64,000 bases of DNA, from NCBI GenBank assembly GCA_003141675.1, contig PLND01000034.1, positions 17,488 through 81,487 of the forward strand, read 5' to 3'. Shown piece by piece: positions 9,695 to 18,820 of the stretch. The translations under genes were made by a program, and so were the position numbers. How positions within the stretch are numbered: the stretch's first letter is position 1; each line of letters begins with the position of its first letter. This stretch comes from Anaerolineae bacterium (GTDB lineage: Bacteria > Chloroflexota > Anaerolineae > Anaerolineales > RBG-16-64-43). Under the pieces are notes generated by a model. The model saw nothing but the letters and a program-made list of their open reading frames with translations, was not told the DNA's origin and searched no databases.

Positions 9695-10075
9695 CAGTTA
9701 CCTCCCTTCCCTTGAGATCCTACGACTCAAAATATATCCCGCCAAATTCTCTCGCCGCCTCTGACAAGCGGGCAGCGGGAAATTCGACGCGCCGCTGCGA
9801 CTTACCTAACTTTGCCCATGGAAGGCGGGGTTGATTCGGAGGTGACGAACCTGTCGCCTGTTGCGTATGCAGGAAGTGTATGATGTGCAAGCAAGCGGAT
9901 CTTTCGAAAGGAAAGCGAACTGCCCCAATAAAATGCTCCCTCCCGACCCGCGCGGAATTCTCGAGAAATCGGAGACGGAGGAAAGCCGTCGCGCCGGACC
10001 GATTTGGCAATCAGGGACTCGGCTCCGGTATAATGGCCCAAGATTCGTCTGAGGAGATGGTTGGGAGGATAACCG

Positions 10076-10567
10076 GTGATGGGTGTTCATCCCGCAAATG
10101 CGAGGCAAAAGCAACCGAATTCAAGAATGTGTTTCGTATGCGGCCTGGAAAACGAATCCGGCCTGCTCGCGAAATTCTACAACGAAGCGCCCGGCAAGGT
10201 GCGGGTGGATTGGACGGCGCCCGAATGTTACCAGGGATATCCGGGCCATTTGCACGGCGGGATCGCCGCCGCTCTTTTGGATGAAGCTGCCGGACGGACG
10301 GTCTTGGGAAGTGATCCGATGAGGTTATTTGTGACGATGAAGATGGAAATTCGCTACCGGAAACCCGTCCCGGTCGGCGTTCCCCTCGTGATTCGCGGTG
10401 AGATGATCCGCGACCGCGGGCGGTTCGCGGAAACCCGCGCGTCGATTCAACTTCCCGACGGAACTGTCGCAGTCGAAGCCGAAGTGCTGGTGGCAGAAGC
10501 GCCTGCGGAAATCACCAATATCACCGATCTGGACCGGATCGGCTGGCGCGTTTATCCGGAAGAATAG
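10076..10567 (+). CDS. PaaI-family hotdog thioesterase with N-terminal zinc-ribbon-like CxxC
   Basis: 163 aa. Motifs MCFVCGLEN and HLHGGIAAALLDEAAG. GGGAGGA lies upstream of GTG 10076/ATG 10079. Confidence 0.75.
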   Translation: MMGVHPANARQKQPNSRMCFVCGLENESGLLAKFYNEAPGKVRVDWTAPECYQGYPGHLHGGIAAALLDEAAGRTVLGSDPMRLFVTMKMEIRYRKPVPVGVPLVIRGEMIRDRGRFAETRASIQLPDGTVAVEAEVLVAEAPAEITNITDLDRIGWRVYPEE

Positions 10568-10770
10568 GAATTCCCCGTTCTCTTCTTCAGGAAATGGCAG
10601 CCGGAATTGGACACCACCGGGGATGTGCATTCTTTCGGGATGGAATTCAATTCGCAGTTGAATGTCCAAATTCGATTTAGAAAAACCTGGTATCCGCTCG
10701 GGATAAGGTAGAATTCCATTGGATGGTGCCCGCGAGGAAAGCGGCGTAGAACCATCCCAGGCAGAATACC

Positions 10771-11592
10771 ATGGGACGACCGAAAATTGTTTTTGACCTC
10801 CTGATGAAATTCTGGCCCCTGAGCAAGCTTGCCAACCGGCTCGGGAACCAGCCCGTGGTGGGATTCCTCGTCCGGCCGCTCTTCAGCAGCACGGAAAACG
10901 AATCCATTATTCTTCCGGTGCACGAGGCCGTCCGGGCCGAAGAGAGCGTTGTGCTTCCGCGCTCGCTCCTGGAACCGTTGATCGAAAAATCGGACGCGCG
11001 CGTGCTGTTGCATCGCTGCATCTGCCGCCACGCCGAGCATTGCCAGACCTATCCCGAAGAACTGGGGTGCCTGTTCCTGGGGGAGGGAGCGACTAGGATT
11101 CATCCATCCATGGGGCGATCGGTAAGTACGGAGGAGGCGCTGGCACACGCGCGCACGGCAATGGAGAAGGGCTTGGTTCCGCTGGTGGTGCATGCCTCGT
11201 TCGATGCGTTTGCACTGGGAATCCCTTATCGCAAGATGCTGGCTGTCTGTTTTTGCTGCGACTGCTGCTGCACCATCCGCCTCGGATTGCGGCTTGGCCC
11301 GCACGCGTTCTGGGATACGGTCGTGCGGGTTCCTGGTCTGACGGTGGAAGTGGGCGAGGATTGCATTGGATGCGGGCGCTGCACGGAGGTTTGTTACGTC
11401 CATGCTATCCAGGTGGAATATGGACACGCCCGGATCGACGATCATTGCAAGGGGTGCGGCCGATGCGCCGAAGAATGCCCGGTGCAGGCGATCACGCTTC
11501 GGTTGCACAAGGATGTGAACGTGCTGGAAGAGTTCCTCCAACGGGTGGAACGCAGGACCGACGTTGGTCAATTGGATGGAAAACCACGATAA
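10771..11592 (+). CDS. Cys-rich 4Fe-4S dicluster domain protein
   Basis: 273 aa. Two ferredoxin motifs (CIGCGRCTEVC, CKGCGRCAEECP) plus CICRHAEHC and CFCCDCCC clusters. The overlapping antisense ORF 10552..11571 is rejected. Confidence 0.7.
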   Translation: MGRPKIVFDLLMKFWPLSKLANRLGNQPVVGFLVRPLFSSTENESIILPVHEAVRAEESVVLPRSLLEPLIEKSDARVLLHRCICRHAEHCQTYPEELGCLFLGEGATRIHPSMGRSVSTEEALAHARTAMEKGLVPLVVHASFDAFALGIPYRKMLAVCFCCDCCCTIRLGLRLGPHAFWDTVVRVPGLTVEVGEDCIGCGRCTEVCYVHAIQVEYGHARIDDHCKGCGRCAEECPVQAITLRLHKDVNVLEEFLQRVERRTDVGQLDGKPR

Positions 11593-11879
11593 AGCTTTTT
11601 TGGGGAAGGCATTCTGATCCAGTAACCCGGATGTTTAAAACCTGCCATTTAATTTTCCTCAAAGACAAATACCGGTAAAAAAACCGATTGAACAGAATGA
11701 TCAGCCCGTGTTTTACTTATAATTTATCTCGATAAACCGGAACCTGACGAAAACCCTATGGATTTCAAGTGATTCTTCCCCAAATGGGCTTTGCTTTTTT
11801 TACACAGCCTTGCGTGAATTCAGAATTAAATATTCGTTTATTGCGGTGAGGACACTCGGGAAGTTATACAATCAAAGGG

Positions 11880-14273
11880 TTGGATATCGAGGCGGTGGAG
11901 AAAATGACGGATAAATCCAATCATCGGCGAAAGACCATTGGTGTTCTGATTAACTGGACGGTCGATTCATACCAGCAAATGTTCCTTGACGGAGTTATGG
12001 ATTGTGCCAGACAATCCGAGATGAGTTGCATTATTTTCGAGGGGGGAACCTTGAATAGCCCGCACGAATATGAAATGCAGCGAAATTTGATCTTCCCTTT
12101 GGCGAGCGAAAATACCGTCGACGGGTTGGTGATTCTTCCCACTTCCATCGGACTGTATACCGGCAAGGAAAAAATGAGGTCGTTTTGCGCGCAATTTAAT
12201 CCAACCCCTATGGTAAGCATCTCCATGGATTTTGAGGATATCCCCTCGGTGTTGATTGACAACCGGTCCGGAATGCGGGAGTTGATCGTCCATCTCATCG
12301 AGGAACATGCTTACCGCCGGTTTGCTTTCGTCGCCGGGCCGGCGGGGAATGAGGATGCCGAGCAACGGCAGGAAGTGTTTGACCAGGTTCTTCGGGAGCA
12401 TAAGACTCCGTTCGACCCCCGGTATTTCTTCCGAGGCGATTTTTCAATAAACTCGGGAATCGATGCGGCGAAATATTTTCTAGGGCAGGGAATCCAAAAT
12501 TGCGATGCGGTGGTCGTCGCCAATGACGGGATGGCTGTAGGGGTTATTAAGGAACTAACAAAAAGAAAGGTCCGGGTTCCCGAGCAGATCGCCGTCACTG
12601 GGTTTGACAATATCGATCTGGCCGGATCCTCGTCACTGTCGCTTACCACGGTAAAACATCCCATCTACGAACAGGGTTGGACGGCCACGAAACTGATCGC
12701 GGATCTCCTGGCGGGGAAAGAAGTTCCCCGGAAAACATATTTGCCCACGAGATTGGTTGTCCGCGAATCATGTAAATGCGTTTCCCCCTACGTTTCCTCC
12801 TTGGAATATAAAGGAGTTAATTCTGCGCATTCCGAAAGCTTCGGATCAGGGAGCATGGAGAGGAGATTTCCTCATATCCTGAAAATGCTGCAAAAACAAT
12901 ATTCAACCGTGATCCCTCGGGACCCCGGTGAACTGGGTCACAGCCCAACTGCAGTGTGTGAGGAAAAAACCGTCCTGGAAAATTCAGACTTATTGGCGAA
13001 ATGGTTGGACGAGGTTTCCATGAATTCGGGAGTGGACCGACTGGATTATGAAACTTTTCGGAGCATGGTGTACGAACTATGGCAAAACCGGACGGTTTCC
13101 GCGCCCGAATCCGCAAAATCGGTCAGGAACGAGGATCTAATTTTTCATACGATTATGAGACTTAGCCAGCAAGCCATTCAGAGGGAAAGGACACAAATTA
13201 TTGAGATTGCTCAGGAACGCCAGAAACTAGAATTGATCCAGGAATTGCTCACATTTATGGATATCCCCGGGCAAATGAGCGTCCTTGCCCGGCGTCTGCC
13301 GGACCTGGGGATCGCAAGTTGCTACCTATCATTTTATCGGGGGGATCCCTCCTTGGACAACGGCGAATCCGTTTGCATGCTAGGGATTCGGGATATGGAG
13401 CGGGTAAAAATCGGCGAGAAGGAAAAAGTATTTTCCACCAAGCGGCTTGTCCCGGATGATTTTCTCTCCGATCATAGACAGCACTTGTTGATTGTCGAGT
13501 CGCTGAGACAATTCGGTTTTGTGGTCTTTGAAATTGGGCCCAAATCCAGCGGTTTTGCCGCCCTCTTGAGCGAAATTATAAGTGGCGCCATGCAGGCCGC
13601 GATGTTGTTTGAGGAATTAAAGACTCAGAAGGATAACCTCTCCCGGAATCTGGAGAATATGCGCAAGGCCATGTCCGGGTTCATCCAAATGATGGCTTCG
13701 ACGGTGGAAGCGCGGGATCCGTACACCGCCGGCCATCAGCGCCGTGTTTCCGATTTGGCTCGGACCATCGCCCAGAAGATGAACCTGCCTCCGGCGCAGG
13801 TTGAAGGGGTGCGGATGGCGGGCATCATCCATGATCTTGGGAAGATCAATGTCCCCGCGGAAATTCTGAATCGCCCGGGAATACTCGACGACCTCGAATG
13901 GAGCATGATAAAAAGGCACCCCAAGGTCGCCTATGACATCCTGAAGAACATCGATTTCCCTTGGCCGATCGCGGAAATCGTCTATCAGCACCATGAACGG
14001 ATCAATGGCGGGGGATATCCCAATGGCTTGAAAGGGGATGCCGTCATTTTAGAGGCACGGATTCTCGCCGTGGCGGATGTGGTGGAAGCCATGTCATCTC
14101 ACCGGCCGTACCGTGATGCCTTGGGACTGGAAAAGGCGCTTGAGGAAATCAACAAGAACAAAGGAATTCTTTACGATCCAGTGGTGGTCGATGTCTGCAC
14201 CGACCTCTTTAAAAATAAAATGTTTGAATTCAGGACAACCGGCCATCTTGGTTCTTCACTTCGAAAAAATTGA
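11880..14273 (+). CDS. cytoplasmic LacI-type sugar-binding (PBP type I) domain fused to an HD-GYP phosphodiesterase domain
   Basis: 797 aa. The N-terminal ~300 aa look like a LacI-family ligand-binding core without an HTH (IGVLINW..., FAFVAGP, VVANDGMAVGVI, VTGFDN). The C-terminus carries HD-GYP motifs (GHQRRVSDLA, IIHDLGKINVP, HHERINGGGYP). TTG 11880 or ATG 11904. Confidence 0.85.
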   Translation: MDIEAVEKMTDKSNHRRKTIGVLINWTVDSYQQMFLDGVMDCARQSEMSCIIFEGGTLNSPHEYEMQRNLIFPLASENTVDGLVILPTSIGLYTGKEKMRSFCAQFNPTPMVSISMDFEDIPSVLIDNRSGMRELIVHLIEEHAYRRFAFVAGPAGNEDAEQRQEVFDQVLREHKTPFDPRYFFRGDFSINSGIDAAKYFLGQGIQNCDAVVVANDGMAVGVIKELTKRKVRVPEQIAVTGFDNIDLAGSSSLSLTTVKHPIYEQGWTATKLIADLLAGKEVPRKTYLPTRLVVRESCKCVSPYVSSLEYKGVNSAHSESFGSGSMERRFPHILKMLQKQYSTVIPRDPGELGHSPTAVCEEKTVLENSDLLAKWLDEVSMNSGVDRLDYETFRSMVYELWQNRTVSAPESAKSVRNEDLIFHTIMRLSQQAIQRERTQIIEIAQERQKLELIQELLTFMDIPGQMSVLARRLPDLGIASCYLSFYRGDPSLDNGESVCMLGIRDMERVKIGEKEKVFSTKRLVPDDFLSDHRQHLLIVESLRQFGFVVFEIGPKSSGFAALLSEIISGAMQAAMLFEELKTQKDNLSRNLENMRKAMSGFIQMMASTVEARDPYTAGHQRRVSDLARTIAQKMNLPPAQVEGVRMAGIIHDLGKINVPAEILNRPGILDDLEWSMIKRHPKVAYDILKNIDFPWPIAEIVYQHHERINGGGYPNGLKGDAVILEARILAVADVVEAMSSHRPYRDALGLEKALEEINKNKGILYDPVVVDVCTDLFKNKMFEFRTTGHLGSSLRKN

Positions 14274-14818
14274 AATAAACTTCCTCCCCTTCGCCGCGTT
14301 TTCCGGGAATCCTACCCGCGTCCGAAAAGCAATTTGAAGAATAACTCCCCCGCAAGAAATGAAAAACAACCAAGGTAAGCCCGCTGAAGAGGTTCGCTCA
14401 TCGTGGGCGGCTTAACGGGCAAGTCGTTTTCCCCCAAGCGCACGTTTTATTAATGGTCTTTGATTAAATCATGCGATGGTGTTCCGATGGGACCTACGGG
14501 CTTCAGGTATTTTTCCGACGGCTCCCATTCTCAGGAGGGGGGTTTAGAGTTATCGGTGGATTCTAAGTGCGCAGACTCCCTCGGCGGCCTCATCCTCCAG
14601 TTCGGCTCCAGTCACTACCTCTGAAACGTGTCATCGAATGGATTCCGTGCGGTCGGACACTGTGCCAGCAGAGTGTTTCGCGTCCTCCCGCTAAACCGGT
14701 AAATAATGGACGGAACCTACGAAAGGTATCCATTCGTCCGGGTTCCAACGCCTTGGCAGATTCTCTGTAACTTATTTGGTCATGTGGAAGGAAGAATCGA
14801 ATAAATCGCTTTTCCTAC

Positions 14819-14847
14819 TTGCCATGGTGGGAATATTGATATATACT
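14819..14847 (+). promoter_or_regulatory. candidate sigma-70 promoter of the dcw cluster (Pmra)
   Basis: TTGCCA (14819-14824), a 17-bp spacer, then TATACT (14842-14847), about 85 nt upstream of the mraZ ATG. Confidence 0.55.
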
Positions 14848-14882
14848 GTGGGCAATAGTGGAAATCAATGGAAAGTTGTGGA
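14827..14882 (+). promoter_or_regulatory. candidate MraZ operator: phased [G/A]TGG[G/A] direct repeats
   Basis: GTGGG 14848, GTGGA 14858, ATGGA 14868 and GTGGA 14878 sit at exact 10-bp spacing just downstream of the -10 box. One more GTGGG lies at 14827. Confidence 0.55.
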
Positions 14883-14933
14883 TTAAATCACCGGCCAGTC
14901 CGGTGTATGTTTTTAAAATAGGAAAACGAACAT

Positions 14934-15374
14934 ATGTTCTTGGGTGAGTATTCTCATTCGTTAGACGAGAAAGGCCGGGTGACCATCCCGGCCAAACTCC
15001 GCGCCGGTTTTGCCAATGGTTTGGTCATCACCCGCGGGTTCGAACCGTGTTTGGTCGTATACCCCGTCGAAACCTTCCGTGCCCTCGAGCAGAAAGCCCA
15101 CTCCCTTAGTTTAACCGATCCCTCCAATCGGTCAATCTTCCGTTTGTTATTCGGCGGCGCTTCCGACGCCGCGTTGGATAGCTTGGGCCGGGTCGTCGTC
15201 CCCGAGTACCTCCGCACCTACGCCGGTTTCCAGAGCCAGGTGGTCGTGGTCGGGGCGGGCCAATATCTCGAAGTCTGGGACGTCGAGAAGTGGAATGCGC
15301 AACTGGCACAGCTCAACGACTCGGAAGCCAACGCCCGACGATTCGCGTCCTTGGATCTCGCCACCGGACCTTGA
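14934..15374 (+). CDS. mraZ: transcriptional regulator MraZ
   Basis: 146 aa. MFLGEYSHSLDEKGRVTIPAKLR and a second SpoVT-AbrB half (LDSLGRVVVPEYLR). Confidence 0.95.
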   Translation: MFLGEYSHSLDEKGRVTIPAKLRAGFANGLVITRGFEPCLVVYPVETFRALEQKAHSLSLTDPSNRSIFRLLFGGASDAALDSLGRVVVPEYLRTYAGFQSQVVVVGAGQYLEVWDVEKWNAQLAQLNDSEANARRFASLDLATGP

Positions 15375-16318
15375 TGGGTGCGCCAGGGTCGGATCCGGAT
15401 CGGATGGCGCACGTTCCGGTTCTTTACCAATCGGTTCTGGATTGGCTCCAGCCTCGAAACGGCAAAAGATATTTGGATGGAACAGTCGGGGGAGGCGGCC
15501 ATGCGCAAGGAATCCTCGACCGGGGTGCCTGGCTGCTGGGGTTGGACCGGGATGCGGATGCAGTGCAAAATGCCCGATCTAGGCTGGCCCATTTTGCCGA
15601 TCGGCTGATCCTGCGCCAGGTGTCATACAGCCGGGCCCGTGAGATCCTGGAAGAAATCGGCTGGCGCGATGTGGCGGGGATACTGCTTGATCTTGGGATT
15701 TCCTCTTCCCAACTCGCCGACCCGGAGAGAGGGTTCGCGTTCCGGCGGGATGGTCCTCTGGATATGCGCTTCGACCGCACTGGCGGAGAAACGGCGGCGG
15801 ATCTGGTGAACACGCTGCCGGAAGAGGAGATCGCCCGGATACTCTTTGTGTACGGCGAAGAGCGAAACGCCCGCCGGGTTGCGCACGAGATTTTCCGCAA
15901 CCGGCCGATAGGCTCCACCGGGCAACTGGCGGAAGTGGTGGCGAAGGCGGCCGGTCACCGGAACCGGGTAACCTCCGGTTTGCACCCGGCCACCCGGACG
16001 TTTCAGGCGCTGCGGATCGCCGTCAATCATGAGTTGGAGGAATTGGAAGCGGCGCTTCCGGATCTACTGGAGAGCTTGGAAACGGGGGGCCGGATCGTTG
16101 TCATAACCTTTCACTCTCTGGAGGACCGGTTGGTCAAGCGGGCGTTTCGGAAAGCTTCGGGGAAACCCGCGAAAGACGAACCGAACCATCCGCTGCTTCC
16201 AGAAATAAGCGCCTCTTTCCGCGATGTCACTCCCAAACCGGTGCGTCCAAGTCCGGAGGAGATCGCGGAAAACCCGAGGTCGCGCAGTGCAAAAATGCGG
16301 GTGCTGGAACGACTCTGA
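15374..16318 (+). CDS. rsmH: 16S rRNA (cytosine1402-N4)-methyltransferase
   Basis: HVPVLYQSVLDWL, DGTVGGGGHA, DLGISSSQL, ITFHSLEDR. ATG 15374 overlaps the mraZ stop (TGATG); an alternative ATG lies at 15404. Confidence 0.93.
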   Translation: MGAPGSDPDRMAHVPVLYQSVLDWLQPRNGKRYLDGTVGGGGHAQGILDRGAWLLGLDRDADAVQNARSRLAHFADRLILRQVSYSRAREILEEIGWRDVAGILLDLGISSSQLADPERGFAFRRDGPLDMRFDRTGGETAADLVNTLPEEEIARILFVYGEERNARRVAHEIFRNRPIGSTGQLAEVVAKAAGHRNRVTSGLHPATRTFQALRIAVNHELEELEAALPDLLESLETGGRIVVITFHSLEDRLVKRAFRKASGKPAKDEPNHPLLPEISASFRDVTPKPVRPSPEEIAENPRSRSAKMRVLERL

Positions 16319-16369
16319 TTTCAGACCGAAAGCGCGGAGCCCGGCGGATAGGGCCGGGGAAGAGCGGTC

Positions 16370-16855
16370 ATGACGACACAAATCGATCCATTCCGAAAAT
16401 TGTCGCCCAATAAAATCCGAGCCTACAAGCAGGCTCCGTGGAGGGAACAAACCCGGCTACTCGCCATCGGGCTGGCCGCCATTTTCGGTTTGATGGCTAT
16501 GCTGGGCCTCTTTATTTTCACGGGCGCGCAGGCGGCGGAAGCGGGGCTGCGGGTTCAGAGTTTAATTCGCGATCGCGATCGTCTGATGCGGCTGTTGGAA
16601 TCCCAGGAATCGGAATTGACCCAAAAACAATCGGAGGAATGGATGAGGAAACGGGCCGCGGAATTGGGATTTGGTCCGGCCAGCCCTACGGATTTGGATT
16701 ATCTCTCCGTTCCGAACGAGGCTCCCGCGGAGCCCCTTTCCGTTAGTCCGACGAGTTTCCTATACACGAACGCGGAAGTCTCGCTGGCTCCGGCCTATCG
16801 TGAGACTCTGCTGGAATGGCTGTTGGGATTAATCCAGCCCAAGGGCGCGAAATAA
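16370..16855 (+). CDS. putative cell-division protein FtsL-like
   Basis: 161 aa. One TM helix (LLAIGLAAIFGLMAMLGLFIFTG) followed by a helical segment. The call rests mainly on its position between rsmH and ftsI. Confidence 0.5.
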   Translation: MTTQIDPFRKLSPNKIRAYKQAPWREQTRLLAIGLAAIFGLMAMLGLFIFTGAQAAEAGLRVQSLIRDRDRLMRLLESQESELTQKQSEEWMRKRAAELGFGPASPTDLDYLSVPNEAPAEPLSVSPTSFLYTNAEVSLAPAYRETLLEWLLGLIQPKGAK

Positions 16856-16856
16856 C

Positions 16857-18809
16857 ATGGACCGATCGCTGCAAAAACGAATCCGCTTTGCGCAAATCGC
16901 CCTGGTGTTCCCCGTGGTGCTGGTTTTCCTTCAGCTCTCCCGATTTCAGATTCTTCCGACGCAGGAACGCAAGCAATTGGATGAAGCGCCGTATCCGCTC
17001 AACCAGCATATCGAGACGCCGCGCGGAAGGATCCTCGACCGCAACGGGCAGCTTCTAGTGGGAAATACCAGTCAGTATCGTGTGTACGTGGACAACTGCC
17101 AGTACTACCTGTATTGGGAGAAATACGGCGGATCGGCTGCCGGATCGCAGCCCTCGCTGAGCGATGTGCTGGCGGCGATTGAACGTGCATCCGGCGCATC
17201 GATCGATATTCCATCCGCGGTGTCCATGTTGCAAGACGTCGATAAACAATTGCAGGCGGAATATAACCAACCGCTTTCCACCTGTACGCTGCTCGCGGGG
17301 GTCAACACGAATTCCCAAGGCCAGAAACTGGCGATCCCTCTTTGGCTGACGGAAAATCAGAATTTGGGATTGGACGTGGCCATGGGAGCCGCGCCGGATT
17401 CGAACGGCGTCTATCATAGCAGCCCGTTTTTATTAAATGTCCGCACCGAAGCGTGGTTTTTCCGCGATTACCCTGAAGGGAGCCTGGCCTCGGAAGTTCT
17501 GGGATACAGCCGGCAGGAAGGTTCGGGGAATGGAAATCAGCAGGACGGCGTGATTCGCTATTACCGTGAGGTTGGGGATTGGGGAGTGGAGCGGTTCTAC
17601 AACGATATCCTCCAAGGTGCCCGCGAGGATGTTTCCTGGACGGTGGTCCCCGTGGAGATCACGCAAAATCTGGACCGGGCGCAACCGCCTGCGGACCTCG
17701 TCCTGACCATCGATCGGGACGTTCAGGCCGAGACCGAGGCCGCCCTGCAGCAGGCCATCCAGGATAGCCAAGCGACCCGCGGTTCGATCCTTGTCCTCAA
17801 CCCGCATACCGGCGAAATTCTCGCCATGGCGGATTATCCGGCGGTGAACCTGCAGGATCCGAACGGCTTCCAGGATATTTTCCACATCAAAGGCAGCCTC
17901 CCGATGGACCCCCAAGGGCAGGTGGTTTCGCTGAATGTCGCAGCCCCCTATGAGCCCGGTTCGACCTTTAAGGTGTTGACCATGGCGGCCGCATTGGATG
18001 CCGGAGCGGTGCAGCCCGGGACGTGGTTCGTTGATACGGGCCGGATCGAGATCGGCGGCGCGGTGATCCACAACTGGGAAGGAAAATCCTTTAATTTGCA
18101 GGATATGACCGGATGCCTGCAAAATTCGATCAACACCTGCCTGGCTTGGGTGGCCACGCAACTGGGAGCCGGGAAGTTCTATCAGTATATGGATCAATTC
18201 CGGATCGGGCGCCTGACGGGCGTCGACATGTCCCCGGAGATCAGCGGCGTCCTGCGCCGTCCGGGCGATCAGGATTGGACCGATTCCACCCTGGCCACCA
18301 ATGCCTTCGGACAGGGGGTCTCCGCGACGCCGCTGCAGATGGCCGTGGCCATTTCGGCAGTGGCCAACGGCGGCATCATGATGACCCCGCATGTCGTGCA
18401 CCAGATCATTCTTCCCGACGGGCGGGTGCACACAGTCGTCCCCGTGCCGCTTGGGCAGCCGATTTCCGCTCAAACCGCGAAAACCCTGACGGACATGTTG
18501 GCGACCTCCCTGGAGCTGGAAGGATCGGGCGCGCTGGTGGACGGATACCGCATCGCTGGGAAAACCGGGACGGCCGACATTCCCCCGTATGTCGATACCA
18601 AGACGGTTGCTTCGTTTGTCGGTTGGGGGCCGGTCGACGATCCGCAAGTGCTGATTTACATCCGCATCGATGAGCCCACCTCGCAAGGCGGCCGTCAATA
18701 CGGATCCATCACCGCCGCTCCCGTATTCGGGCGGCTCGCGCCGCGGATCTTCGCTATTTTGGGAATCCCGCCGGACGCGTTGCGTCCGTCGCTGGAATCC
18801 GGAAATTAA
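16857..18809 (+). CDS. ftsI: peptidoglycan D,D-transpeptidase (class B PBP, FtsI-type)
   Basis: 650 aa. N-terminal TM helix, then STFK (GSTFKVLT), SxN (NSIN) and KTG (GKTGTA) motifs. Confidence 0.9.
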   Translation: MDRSLQKRIRFAQIALVFPVVLVFLQLSRFQILPTQERKQLDEAPYPLNQHIETPRGRILDRNGQLLVGNTSQYRVYVDNCQYYLYWEKYGGSAAGSQPSLSDVLAAIERASGASIDIPSAVSMLQDVDKQLQAEYNQPLSTCTLLAGVNTNSQGQKLAIPLWLTENQNLGLDVAMGAAPDSNGVYHSSPFLLNVRTEAWFFRDYPEGSLASEVLGYSRQEGSGNGNQQDGVIRYYREVGDWGVERFYNDILQGAREDVSWTVVPVEITQNLDRAQPPADLVLTIDRDVQAETEAALQQAIQDSQATRGSILVLNPHTGEILAMADYPAVNLQDPNGFQDIFHIKGSLPMDPQGQVVSLNVAAPYEPGSTFKVLTMAAALDAGAVQPGTWFVDTGRIEIGGAVIHNWEGKSFNLQDMTGCLQNSINTCLAWVATQLGAGKFYQYMDQFRIGRLTGVDMSPEISGVLRRPGDQDWTDSTLATNAFGQGVSATPLQMAVAISAVANGGIMMTPHVVHQIILPDGRVHTVVPVPLGQPISAQTAKTLTDMLATSLELEGSGALVDGYRIAGKTGTADIPPYVDTKTVASFVGWGPVDDPQVLIYIRIDEPTSQGGRQYGSITAAPVFGRLAPRIFAILGIPPDALRPSLESGN

Positions 18810-18820
18810 TTCGAAGGCCT

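Noticed and set aside
10552-11571. 339-aa minus-strand ORF overlapping the Fe-S protein gene. Similar long antisense ORFs occur at 17433..18698, 20128..21417, 26588..27487, 26646..27611, 27633..28658, 28716..29726, 31340..32350, 43620..45542, 53974..55074 and 59148..60131.
   Set aside because: These are typical GC-rich antisense or out-of-frame open frames. They have Arg/Pro/Gly-heavy low-complexity translations with no recognisable motifs, and each lies opposite or over a gene with unambiguous family signatures.
14274-14933. RNase P RNA, tmRNA, SRP RNA or a group II intron fragment in the long mraZ upstream region.
   Set aside because: The hallmark motifs were not found on either strand: GAGGAAAGUCC and ACAGAA.CGGCUUA for RNase P, a tRNA-like 3' end with a GGUUCGA T-loop for tmRNA, and the SRP GGAA/AGCA loop. 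A GTGCG at 14568 is not followed by intron-length sequence or a domain V. The region is kept only as an unexplained non-coding stretch.
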